A stretch of DNA of 62,992 bases, the filler included, from Kipferlia bialata (taxonomy: Eukaryota), in the NCBI GenBank assembly GCA_003568945.1. It is 5 parts of 5 records of this genome, joined end to end, with 100 filler letters (N's around TTAATTAATTAA, not from the genome) between each part and the next. Parts side by side here need not be neighbours in the genome. Positions count along the whole stretch, not along the records: positions 1 to 13,776 come from BDIP01000901.1; positions 13,877 to 27,649 come from BDIP01000902.1; 3 more parts are not named here. One strand, 5' to 3'. Of the stretch, positions 12,692 to 24,373 are shown piece after piece (within the stretch, counting starts at the first letter, position 1; each line of letters starts with the position of its first letter). Under the pieces are notes generated by a model, which ran no database searches, was not told where the DNA came from, and was given only the letters and a program-made list of their open reading frames with translations. The position numbers were made by a program, and so were the translations under genes.

Positions 12692-13676
12692 TCGTGACAA
12701 GTGAACCAAAGGTTGAGAAATTTTCATTGCCACTTGTCACCCACAACTTGTCAACAGTACGTGTGTCACACCGACATACACAGTGTCACTCTTCTCTTTC
12801 ACAACCTGACATACCCCATCAGTGGTACCTCAGCGAACTAACAGAGAGAGCACGTTAACACAACCACAACAAGTAGTAGGTAGCAGGCTGGGATAGCAGA
12901 GAGTGTGAGACTCACACTGTGAGTCACACTGTGTGACATGGACTCTGGTAAAGAGTCCACGGGGGCCAAACATAGTCTGGAATACTAGGCTGGCAGAAGT
13001 GAAGGAGTATCTACGCTCTCACAAGACATGGCCATCTAGGCGCCAAGGTTCACTCGGTGATTGGGTATATACTCAAAGATGCAGCTATAGGAGAAGGAAG
13101 CTGTCACAGGAACGTATTGCAGCGCTGGAGAAGTTGGACATTGATTGGAACCCAGGCAGACGGACTAATCAGTAGCGATGCTACGTACAAGTTGACATTG
13201 CAGGCCGTTGTACACCATTAGGTTAAGTACTATCGTGGGACTTAGTGTAGAAGAACGCTTGGTATTGGAGTCTATAGTGTGTACACAAGTGTATAAGATG
13301 AAATGATATAGTAGTTAGCCAGACGTATTGGGCATCACAGATGTCCAAAGTTGACTTAGTAACAAGATTTGATTACATGTAGGTTGGTACGGGACAATCT
13401 GTGTATACGTTCCAAGGATCACTGTCTGGCAACATTGAGGACGTGACGAGTGAGCCAAAAGTTGACCATATTTCGGTGCCACTTGTCAAGCAAAAGTTGT
13501 CATCAACAGTGAGTGACACACTGACACACACAGTGTCAGACCTCTTCTTCACAGGCTGTCGTTCACTACTAGTGATATCTTGGGTTACTGACAGGGTAAA
13601 CACTGGTTCACAGAAACACTACAAGTAGTAGGTGCCTGTGGATTGGGAAAGTAGAGAGTGTGACATGGACTCTGGG
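12692..13676 (+). repeat. Diverged direct duplication (about 12692-12948 vs 13442-13676) of an upstream region ending in ATGGACTCTGG
   Basis: Shared blocks in the same order: cgtgac-agtga-ccaaa-gttga, tgccacttgtca, acacagtgtca, acaagtagtaggt, gtgtgacatggactctgg. Confidence 0.75.
12933..13175 (+). pseudogene. Isolated helicase-associated (HA) domain, out of frame with the family start codon; probable truncated paralogue
   Basis: WNTRLAEVKEYLRSHKTWP...LGDWVYTQRCSYRRRKLSQERIAALEKLDIDW matches the HA pattern and the HA domains near 43340-43520. The ATGGACTCTGG start at 12938 is in another frame and soon hits TAG. Confidence 0.6.
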
Positions 13677-13776
13677 GTAGAGCATGTCAAGCAGGAGCCC
13701 CCACTTAGACACCTGGCTATATCCACACACACAGTCAAGGTGGAACCAGGCATTGACAGGGATGCAGAGAGGGTGG
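13665..13776 (+). CDS. 5' exon of an HA-domain family gene (MDSGVEHVKQEPP...), cut by the contig end
   Basis: ATG at 13665. The last 51 bp are identical to the first 51 bp of the contig starting at 41620, where the frame continues. Confidence 0.6.
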
Positions 13777-13876
13777 NNNNNNNNNNNNNNNNNNNNNNNN
13801 NNNNNNNNNNNNNNNNNNNNTTAATTAATTAANNNNNNNNNNNNNNNNNNNNNNNNNNNNNNNNNNNNNNNNNNNN
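13777..13876. other. Artificial contig linker
   Basis: N44-TTAATTAATTAA-N44, with stops in all six frames. Confidence 0.98.
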
Positions 13877-13889
13877 GAGAAGGGAGGAA

Positions 13890-13930
<41 letters not shown>

Positions 13931-14949
13931 GACGAGAGTACTGGTTGCAGAGTCCCTCTTACCTATCAACCCTGAATACCACTAAGATACAGCTCGGTAC
14001 CAGAGTTTGCTCGGAAGCTGGTAAGAAGAAACACTGCCTCAGATTCGGTAGCATCTTCCCGAGATTAAACAGGCACCTGGCCACACATCCAGTCGTAGTT
14101 CCAGCCTTTCTAGCGCGGCCTGTCTCACTAGAGTCTAAATCCAGAAATCTATACCGAACCCTCGTCTGTTTGGCAAGGGAACGATGGCTACTGTGAGAGC
14201 TCAGAATGACCATGCAGGGTACAACAATGCGACACCCACCTTGCGACTCTCTCTTTCATCATCTTATCAAGGGCCTGCCGGCAGGACGCCACGTCAACGG
14301 GACAGAAGTATTCATCTTCTGTCTCGCCGTGTAAGGAATCATCATTGGGAGGCAAATACGACAAGTTCCTCAGGGATAGTGAAGAACTAGGGTCATCCAT
14401 TACAGTTGGGACATACTCCCAACAAGAATAGGTTGACTCTGTGTAATCACGACTGAAGACGTTGCGAGTTGACACGTGTCCAAATTGAACCTAGTTAAGT
14501 CGTAAACATAAGTCTTAAATCTGTTTTCATGACAAATATGCAGATCACAAGCACATTATGGTGGGAGAACGTATACACAGAGAGATGAGTAATAAGAACC
14601 CCTCATGACAAGGTGTGGGCATGTCATGGTTTCAGATTGCCCACTTATGCTGTGAATAACACTGTAGGTTTACTGGGTCACAATTAGTCAACCCAGAGTC
14701 AACGCAGGTCACCACAAATGGCATAAGGGTGTAGGCTAGCAGTATAAGGTTCAAGTCCACCTGGATGTTCCAATTGACTTGTGTTCCTATCACTCACTAA
14801 CCTGCTGTTTGGGGGACAGACCTCACTTGACACTTGTGACAGGACGCTTTTCATCCTGTGCAGGCCCCAAGTATTCGGAAGGACCTTAGTTAGAACAGAG
14901 GACCAGTTCCACATAAGCGGGACACATCTATACCAATACGCATATTCAC

Positions 14950-16433
14950 ATGGACAACCCAATGGTGATGCCCGACTCAGTACCTGCCCCCCCTATCACA
15001 TCAGCAATCGCTGAGGTGGCAAGGCAGGAGCCAGACCCCCCTGACAAGGGTTCGATGTTCGAGGGTCACACCCTTGCCTATCCCGCTCCTAGCCCCAAGA
15101 AGGAGGTGGTCGCTGTGGCAAAGCCTGCCCCTAAGAAGGCCAAGAAGGTACAAGTAGTGTTACTCACTGTCAGTGTCAGAAGCTCCGCGATGTGTTTACT
15201 GATTTCAATAAGAATGATATACTTCGTCACTATCTCACCGTAGCGTTATGTACCCGTTAGCCCTGAGATTGTGGCCCAGGTGATGCTCTGGCACACCACT
15301 GAGACCCAGGTATCGTATGTTTGGCATGTACCATTATGGGCAGTGTCTCAATTTGTATTGCGTTTTCACTTGCTATCAGTGTGGTTTCAGTCAAATCTCC
15401 ACAATTCTCATTGTGGTCCTGTCTCATGCCAGTCTCGGGGCAAGCCAGATGTCAACAGGATTGTGAACAAGCTCGGGATCAGCCGCTCGTCATACTACAG
15501 AATTGTGAGGTATTGCCTGCACATGTCAGTGTACAAATATTTGACTGGGTATTCTGATTCCTTCTTACCCTCCCAGGTCAAATGGACAGTACACCCCCCT
15601 CAAGCGTGGAGGGTCCAAGTCCAAGCTGCAACCCGAGAACATGCGTCTTCTGTGGCGCCTTCTGGGTGCCAACCCCTCCGCCTCCATATCCTCTCTCATG
15701 AGGGCCACACAGGGGTCCAACTTCCCCAAGGTGTCCGTGGCCACCTACAGACGCAGGCTGGATGGCTGCCTCCTGCTCTACGCCCCCTTCTGCCCCCCGC
15801 CCCCCATCCCCCTCCCCGTGCTCCCCCTTGTTGCGGTGTCGCAGTGCTCTGTCTCCATGTGGGGCACCCTGCCCCTCCCCAAGAGCCAGGAGGAGGCAGG
15901 CGCCGACCCCGACCCCCAGGTGGACCCCGCCACTGCCGCAGACGGCATGTCCTGGGTGCATGCCATGTTTGTGCTCAGCACTGTGGACCACAGGGTGCTG
16001 CACACCGTGGTCGGGGAGCAGATCAGCTCGGAGCAGGTATGGGTACAATGCTGAGGCCGACAAGCCTTCCTCATCAAAGTTCTCTGTTCTCGTAACACTT
16101 CTAACACTGCCTGCCTCACCCCAGATTGACACCGCCCTGACCATTGCCCAGGACGCAGCTGTTGATGACGAAGCCCAGCACCAGTGTGCCGCATACCCCT
16201 ACCTCGCCGTAGTCACTGAGAGGTGGCTCAACCTGGCCAGAGACCACCTGGCGACACCTGAGAAGCAGGCCCTCATCGCCCAGACTGAGAGGCTACCCCC
16301 CGTGGACAGGGTGAGGGAGAGGGCCGGCATGACCCTGGAGGCCATGACAGTGGCTGCCGAGGACCTCAAGCGCATCGAGGGGATGCCCCTGTACGAGGCC
16401 CTTCCCCCCGAGTCCCCCCTCTACTGGCTGTGA
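14950..16433 (+). CDS. Protein with a Tc1/mariner-IS630-like tandem HTH DNA-binding region and no recognisable DDE domain; about 5 exons
   Basis: Spliced: RYVPVSPEIVAQVMLWH...DVNRIVNKLGISRSSYYRIVR-SNGQYTPLKRGGSKSKLQPENMRLLWRLLGANPSASISSL...VSVATYRRRL. This is the HTH1 / GRP-like linker / HTH2 layout of these transposases. Confidence 0.65.
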
Positions 16434-16786
16434 GAGGCAGGGCACACTCATGTACCCGAGGGCCGGGGGATGGGGGCACTGAGTGCTCTCCCCCGACCCC
16501 TATATGAGGCTGGGTCGACACACGTAGCGTGTCCGGCCCATCTCACCACCATCCTGGGCGATACCGCCCTGGATACCAGAATTAGTCATTGCTGCCGCTT
16601 CTCCCACTGTTGGGAGTACGCAGTCAAGTTTTTATTATAGTTGGCCTTTTCGTAAGGCATTAGTCGTCCTCTCCGGAGGCTCTCCCTAGGTTTAGGGTAA
16701 TAGATGGTAACCTATTAACAGCTCTGGTGTTGCGTCTCAGTGGAGTATACCCACGGTGGTTGTCCCATCCAACAATATCGGTATAT

Positions 16787-18342
16787 CTATTGCATCTCTG
16801 CATCAGTGTCATCCCCGAACTGCTCGTGGAACTGCACCACTGTCTCTGCCTTGGCGTCCACCTTCTGCCCGTGCTGGGCATTGGCTAAGGAGACGGTGGG
16901 CACTACATCCACCACAGTGACAGTGAGAGAAGGGGTGTCGACGGTGTACACCACCTTGAACGACCCCAGCATCAGCACCCCCTTGGATCCAGACTGGGGG
17001 TAAGTAAGGGGTTAGGGGAGGGTTACGCCCATCATATATACTCCAGCCCCCGTACCTTTGCCTCCTTATGGGTGCGTGTCTTGAGTGGGTTCCGTGCCAG
17101 GCCTCCCTTGATCATGGCCCACACATCCACCCTCGTCCCAATCTCACTCTTAGCCAGGAAGTCACACATCGAGTGCACCCTGGGGCCACTGGTATTGACA
17201 GTGTACACAACACCAGTGTCTGTCTCGGTAGGGTCTCTGCCGGCTGACGGCTGTGCTGCGTCACTGCCCGAGGAGTAGGTGTCATAATGTAACGGCAGCA
17301 GAGAGCCTGAGGTTAAGCATTATGAGACATTAAGAGAGTATATATATCGCCTAGCACACCCAGCCGCACCTTGCTGCCCCTCCTGCTGCAGCCACCCTGC
17401 CTGTGCCCCAGGGACATCGAACCCAGGGGTGTATGGCTGCAGGGCTATGATGGGGGTCTCGTCCAGCAGATCTGCCCCGGATATCGTGATGACGCCATGG
17501 GCCACGTCCACATCAGCAACAAGAGACAGAGACAGGCCAAGGGGGTTGGGGCGGAAGGGGGCCCTGGTGGCAAACATGCCTATGCGGCCCTTGCGTCTGG
17601 GGGGCAGGACCCTGGCACGGTAGTGGGCATTGCGGTCAAACTGGAAGTGCACAAAGAGGTATCCACCTGAGGGTAGGGCTAGAGATGCATAAGGAGATCT
17701 AAACACACAGGGATATGAGGTATCTGTAATCGCGTTGAGTATGTTATGTACACATGATACTTCTGACACACACCTGGGCTGACGTCGGGCAAGGCATTCC
17801 CGTCGAGCATCCTGATGTATGACACCCTGCCAGCACTCTCACCCAGGAAGGGCTGCCTTGGTGCCTCAAATCTGTCCCTTCTAGTTAGAGGGGGACATCA
17901 GTATCGATACGGTATATGTGATTGGGTAGAAGCATAGAGCAGCATCCACTTATCGACCCAAGAGAGAAAAGACTCACTGGGAGGATACTGCAACCTCCCC
18001 CCCCCCTTCCCCCCACCTGAATGTGCCCTCTGCCACGGCCACAGGGAACAGCCTCACAGCAGGTATTGGCCCCTCTCCCAGTCCCTTCTCCACCTCCCTC
18101 CGAGTGGCAGCCTCGCGTTGCTGCTGCCGCACTGTGTTGTGGTGCAGCTCGTGGGCCAGCCTCTCTGCCAGCAGTGCTGGTGTGGCCATCTCTGAGGGAC
18201 ACTGCATGCGCCGCCTCTCCAGCTTGAGCCGTGCCATCTGCTCAGCCTCTAGGGCCTCCAGGGCCTCAATCTCTCGCTGGCACGCATCACGCTGCTGGAT
18301 ATAGGTGTCGAGAAAGCTATTCACCGCATCCTCCTTTGGCAT
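16787..18342 (-). CDS. trmO: TsaA/TrmO (YaeB) family tRNA m6t6A37 methyltransferase-like protein with N-terminal coiled coil; 5 exons
   Basis: Motifs RFEAPRQP, FVHFQFDRN, VLPPRRKGRIGMFATRAPFRPNPLGLSL and ISGADLLDETPII; TAG stop at 16787-16789; AATAAA on the minus strand near 16630. Confidence 0.85.
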
Positions 18343-18741
18343 TGATCAAGAGAAAGAGGCTGTGCCACCAATGGAGGCTCCATTATGGCATACAGATACA
18401 TAAACCCTTAGATTCTAGTTTGACTGTCGCTCGAATCGAGTCTCGACAGGTTCGAGAAGACTAGGCCTAGGAGTATCCCATTATATGCTACTTCACGGCT
18501 ACACTTATCCGCCCAGGACTGATACATGCTACACAATAACTTTGCGAGTGCCACAAAAGAGTGGTACCAGAACATTCGCAACGTGTATACCTAAGTCCAT
18601 GACAAAACAGACCAGCAGCTTCACATCAAATAACACAGTATATTGGAACATAAAACACCTATAATTACATATGCTTCAAGAGCGGGACACGAGAGAGGGA
18701 ACCTTGGCCAACAAGACTGCCCTCAAATCCTCAAAGCACAA

Positions 18742-19290
18742 TCACTCCACCTCTCCTGCTTCCTCTAATGTCTCCACCAGAGCTGCAGCTAACCTGTGTG
18801 AGTAACAGGGGGGGGGGGGGGCAATGTAAGGATAAGAAGATAACTACAACACCTACGCAAACTGCGTCCCAATGCAATGTATATATATGACACTCTACCT
18901 GATCCGATCGGTTCTTAGCCTGTACCCAAGCATGGCCAGACGAAGCACCGCCCCGTGGAGATCAAACAGGACCCCTTCCACAACTTCCAAAGCAGCCTTC
19001 TCCCCTCCCTCCCCATCTGTCACCTGCCTACGGGATGGATCCTCTGGAACCCTAATGGGGGCAGTGTATTGATCACGTGGTGAAACCACATTTGGAGGGT
19101 CAGCAGACAGTGCTGGCTGCAGCATACGAACATAGTTGTCAAGGAACAATAGCTGGCCAAACTCATGGTCAGCTTCGCCCTGGATAAGGGTTAGCAACCT
19201 GCCAAACACCTCCCTAAGCTCTGGAAGGGTGTACAGGTTGCCATCCTTCATGCGACTCCGCAAATCACGGACAATCGAGATATTAGACAT
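18742..19290 (-). CDS. Hypothetical helical protein, at least 2 exons
   Basis: 134-aa ORF with exon-like composition splices in frame to RLAAALVETLEEAGEVE*. Start uncertain. Confidence 0.5.
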
Positions 19291-19468
19291 GTCCTCCACC
19301 CCTAACCACGTCTAAAGCAGGATTCCGAGGATATATGACTGCGTTGGAAGGTGGAGAAGCATGAGCTCACTGACTCTGATGGACCCTCTGGATGCAAAAA
19401 CCTTGGGCAACATCACTGCTAACTGACCTCTCTAGATCTACAGGGTTTGTGGCAGGTGCTGTTTAAAG

Positions 19469-22400
19469 ATGGATCATAACCCTCGTCCGGGACCGCCCCC
19501 GGGGGTTAGAATCCATTGGGACCGGAGAGTGAGCGTAGATGCTGAGTCTGTGACCTTTGAGGCCACATCAAGTACTAACCAGTATCCCACCAACATTGTT
19601 GCCAAGGTGTTTTACCGGAAGCAATCCCTCTCACTCTCCGCGCAGCACTGTTGCTCTTGTCCAGGTATGTTGCCCCCAGTAGTGTGTGTGAATTACATGT
19701 CACTCACACATAATGTATTGTTGGTTCTACTGAGTTGCTTAGTCAGGTGCTACCCTACCAATCCTGTACCAAGGGGTGGTTCCTGCCTCCCTCTCTGCTC
19801 TCAGAAACCTGAAGGGTTACCAGCGTAGCATTCCCCGCTACGAATACCATCCTTATGTCCTAGTTCCGAGGTAACTATTCTATATGTCCTCTGTCTCACT
19901 CTTTCCACATTACTTACGACAGAGTTCAGGGTTCCCTGGAGACCCACCCCGCGTTAGATCCCTCGTGCATCAACCCCACGAACCCTGACACATACATTGC
20001 AGCTCTAGACCTGTGCCTCAACGTTGTCAGGCCTCTCAGGTGTGTTTGTTGTCACTGTGTTGCTGGGTCTGCCTCCCCTCTCTCACCTCAGTTGGCTCCA
20101 TCAGTCAGGGTATGTGCACGGCAGGGTGTCTGCCTCCACTGTGGTGCGTGTTTTGCCTGCCGACCTCCTAGCCGATGACCACAAGGGCATATCCCTGGTA
20201 TGTGGTGTATTGGTAGCTTTAGATAGTTATGAGTCCATGGCTTCCACCCCTGGCCTGTTCTATCCATGTTGTCCTACCCCCTCCTCTCGTATTCCCCTTC
20301 TCATACTAGGCCAGACACCCTGCCGGTCCCGTGTGGCTGCTGGGTGAGATGACCCCCTGCCCCACCCTCATACCCATCGAGAGGCCCCCCAATGCTGACC
20401 CAGAGTGGGTCACAGATGCCTCAGAGGCCCTGGATGTACGCCACGCTGTGCAGACTCTGCTCTCTGTCATGTGTGGAGGGGGCTCGTGGAAGGCGGCCCT
20501 GGTGAGCCTCGCCCCCTCCCCCCTGAGGTCCCAGATCAAGCACTGGCTGAGGACACCCCCCGTGGCGGCAGATGCCCTGGCCTATCTGAACAGAGAGTGG
20601 GAGGCGGCGTGGCAGGCTGCTGCCAGTTCGGGTGTCATCGACATGGGTGCTGTCAAGGGGGCAAGCAGGGGATCCTTTGGGTCAGGGGTGAGCGGAAGCA
20701 CTCTGCAGTCGGAGGACACCCCGCATGCAGAGGGAGAGGCAGAGGGTGACGGGGACTCTGTCTCTGAGTTCCACCTGTCTGACGCCCTAGTAACATCATC
20801 ATCATCATCTGAGGGGGAGGCAGGGGGGGAGGCCCCTCCCCATAGGGGTGCCTCAGTGCCGGATAGGGACACTCGAGGGCCCAGTCCTCTTCAGAGGGAC
20901 TCGTCCAACCTGGCCAGTCTCTACCGTAAGCTAGGGGGGGGGAGAGAGAAGTCCCTAGCGTCCATCAGGAGACTGAGTGTGGATGCGTATGCCAGGAGGC
21001 AGGATGAGAGGGAGATGGAGGCACAGCGATCCCGGGCCATGTTTGGGGCGAGTGAGTCCAGCAGTGAGGGAGAGAGTGCCCAGTCAGAGAGCGATGACTC
21101 TACTGGCTCCAGTGTGGGTACCCTGCCCTACACGGATGGGGTTAGCGGCATATCCCCAGGGCACAGGGACCAGCTCCTGTCCCTGGGGGTGGGTCAGGGG
21201 TCATCAGAGGACAGGGACTGCCATACTGAGGAGGAGAGTGTGAGTGCACACCAGTCAGAGCACGGCATGTCCCATGGAGAGAGGGAGACAGAGGGTGGCT
21301 TCGAGAGTGTCCCTGCTGACGTGAGCCCCCGACCTCAGCTGAACATCCTTGATCTGGTTGTGGACATGAGTGTGGACACTGCCTCGCCCAAGGTGGCTAG
21401 GGCAAAGAGAGAGAGAGAGAGGAGAAGGGCGGAGATGCTGAAGAGGGAGAGGGAGAGAGAGGAGAGAGAGAGACAGAAGCAGATGGAGGAAGAGCGCTCC
21501 CCGCCAACGCCCCCTGATGTTCCACCCTTCGGTCAGAGTGCTGACTCCTCAGAGACAGAGCCTCTGTCTAGCCAGGGTGGAGAGGATATAGGGTCAGACC
21601 CTATGGGAGAGGGGGAGGGTGAGGAAGAGCAGCCTGACAGCGGCCAGTCCCCCCAGCGTCTTCCCATGTGCATGATGAATGGACCCAGAGACATGTCGGA
21701 CGATGAGCCCCCCTCCTACTGCCCCCCTGTCCCCTCTAGGTACATGGTGGATATGGGGGAGGGGGGGGCGCCTAGCAGTTCTGACAGGCCCCCAGACCGT
21801 GGCCCTAGTGTGCCTGTGGACCTAGTTGACATGACCCACACCATAGACGGGGAGAGTGAGTCCGACGGGGTCACCAGGGTGCACAGCGTGTCTGTCCTGG
21901 AGTCAATGTCCCAGGGGGGTAGGGGTGTGTCCTCCCCCTGTGCAGAGTGCCTCAAGCCAGGGACACCACTGGGGGCAGAGGGTGTGGGTCTCTCCCTGTC
22001 CCCCTCCGTGTCCACCCCAGGTGCCCCTCATGATAGCACAGCTGACACACCCTCTGCACCCAGTGGCCAGATGCTGCTGGTCCCTGACAGAGGCAATGCC
22101 CATACAGACCAGGTCTACCACATTCACCCTGATGACACAGAGAGCAGGGGTATGGGGCCTAGGTGCTGCAGTGTGGCCCATGGACTGGATGACGGCAGTG
22201 GTCAGGGGGCAGGGGCACAGAGAGACAGGGGTCAGATATCAGTATATGGGGATGTGCCTCTCTGGGCGTCCCCCTCATCTGAGGGGGCCCCAGCTAGGGC
22301 CTCTCTTGATGGAGGTGTGGGACCTGAGCGGTATGTGTCGTGGGAGGTGACTGTGGTGAGGCTGGACAGGGCCCAGACATTTGGGGTCGGGGTGGGCATG

Positions 22401-23300
22401 AGAGACAGGCTGGCCAAGGGGGACCAGTCCTCCATCACATCCTCCTTCCTCTACCTCCACTCTCCCTCCATCCCACCTGGGCCCACAGACAATGCATACA
22501 TAGCAGATGTGCGCTTTGCCAGACAGGACAGGCTCACCCTCCTCTTTGACAGACTGTTCAACCAACTCAGTGTCACACACAACCAGAGGGAGGTGGGTGT
22601 GGTGTACTCAGTGGCAGGGGCAGGGGCTGTTGGGCCTGGGCATGTCCTGGTGCCCTACTTCCTGCTGAACGGTGCTGAGGTGGAGGTGTCCCCGGCTGTT
22701 ATGCACGACGAGCCCCCCACCCTGCCCCACCCTCGTACCTGGGGCTTCCACCACTCTGGGTCCCATGTCCAGACCATGGACAGAAGGGCCACCTTGATAG
22801 GGCCCAGAGACAGTGTGGCACTGGCCCCTGGGTCCGTGTCTCTGACCCAGTCTGAGGGGTGTGACACCCATGTGTGGAGGGTGCTCGTGGCAGAGGTCGA
22901 GGCTGGGTGCCGCCCCGTGCTGGAGGTTGGCCTGGCCCAGGTGCCCCATGGGACAGTGGATGACACCCTCTCTCTCCATCTCCACCTCTCCCACGGGTCG
23001 ACCAGGTCTGTCCCCCTCTACACCTTCAGTCCCAAGCGCATGCAGTGCCGCACCCTGCGTGTGTCCCAGAGACAGACCCTGCCTAAGGTCAAGGCGGGCT
23101 CAGTTCTCTCCCTGGTGTACACCCCCGCCCAGTCCCTGTTCAAGTGCAGGGTCAACAGGGGCATGTACAGAACCATGCACTGCGAGGGAGGGCTCTCCCC
23201 AGATGGCCCCGTCGTGCCTGTCTTTGCCGCAAAGGGGGTCAGGCTCACCTTGCTTGGTGAGGATACCCCTGTGGGTAAGGGGTGCATGTGTTGCTGCTGA
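19469..23300 (+). CDS. Large protein: degenerate kinase-like N-terminus, long acidic disordered linker, two SPRY-like beta domains, C-terminal Cys cluster
   Basis: Short 5' exons (IVAKVFYRK; WLHQSGYVHGRVSASTVV) are followed by a roughly 3-kb exon (989-aa ORF) ending GKGCMCCC*. The CDS is clear; domain calls are by eye. Confidence 0.7.
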
Positions 23301-23380
23301 GGGTGTGTGGAGAACGCGGAGTGGGTGTGTTTTTGTGAGTGCCTCCTTTTGGAGGGATAGGTTGTACAGAGAGACGTTTC

Positions 23381-23414
<34 letters not shown>

Positions 23415-24373
23415 AGGATCTTCTACCAGTGAGGGAGTCAGTTTCTAAATAGATGTGTGTGCGACAGTGAGCTTCTCTTGGCTCAAGAGTCTGGCCCAGT
23501 GATGATCAGAATCTGTCTACTCAAAGAGTTGGTCGCCTACTAGACGTCAGGGACTCAAAGCAACTCATGTATTGGTCAAGTGGATTTGAATCAGAACTTT
23601 GGCTAATTGTTGCACTCACAAAGACATGTAGTACGAGTATAGAATCTATACTATAGATTGAGTAAATGACGCGATTCGTGACTAATCATTCGTCTAGAGG
23701 ATAACTATTCAATTATATCATCATGCGTGATAAGACTGTATCGTCCAACATACAAAGGCTTTGGTCCACATCATCAGGCGACGGTGGTTTTCCGAGTCAC
23801 TATCATTGCCAGTGCAACATGCACACGCACTGCGTGACGCAGCATGAAGGGTAGCATGAAGAGAATCAACCGATGAACCCAATGCCACATCGGAGTATCG
23901 ATTTAAGAGCACCGCGTAGCAGAACTCTCAATGACTAAACTAATTGTCAAGATATATCTGTCTCTTGATCACTTGAATGTGACATTGCGGAGTTCGCTCA
24001 GAGAACCATTCCCACTGGAATATCCAGGTGTATGACACTTTGAGTCGAAGTTCGACCTCATCAGACCGCTTTGCCACATTCCACTCATGCAATTCATTCC
24101 AGTACATGGGGAGAACAGTACTCCAATGAGATCGCCACAGAGGAATTGTGTGCCCGCTGATCAAGTACGAATATCCCCATATGTGTCATGCAGTGCAGCA
24201 GCCATAGGGCTTCAACCACCCCTTCGTTGTGACCAACACAATTGCCTACTGTATCCACAGTCAAACCTCACACACATGATTGGGAGTATTCTTACACTTC
24301 TCTATTACTATCAGTTGCACTCACACACAACATATGCGGAGACACCACCACCAATGCCCCCTATCCAACCCAC

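Noticed and set aside
13821..13832. TTAATTAATTAA palindrome recurring every ~13.87 kb
   Set aside because: Embedded in N runs; it is a synthetic six-frame-stop linker, and the spacing reflects size-sorted contigs.
23700..24250. Microsatellite-free intergenic stretch, possibly a mobile-element relic or ncRNA
   Set aside because: No recognisable motif, long ORF, terminal repeat or convincing structure.
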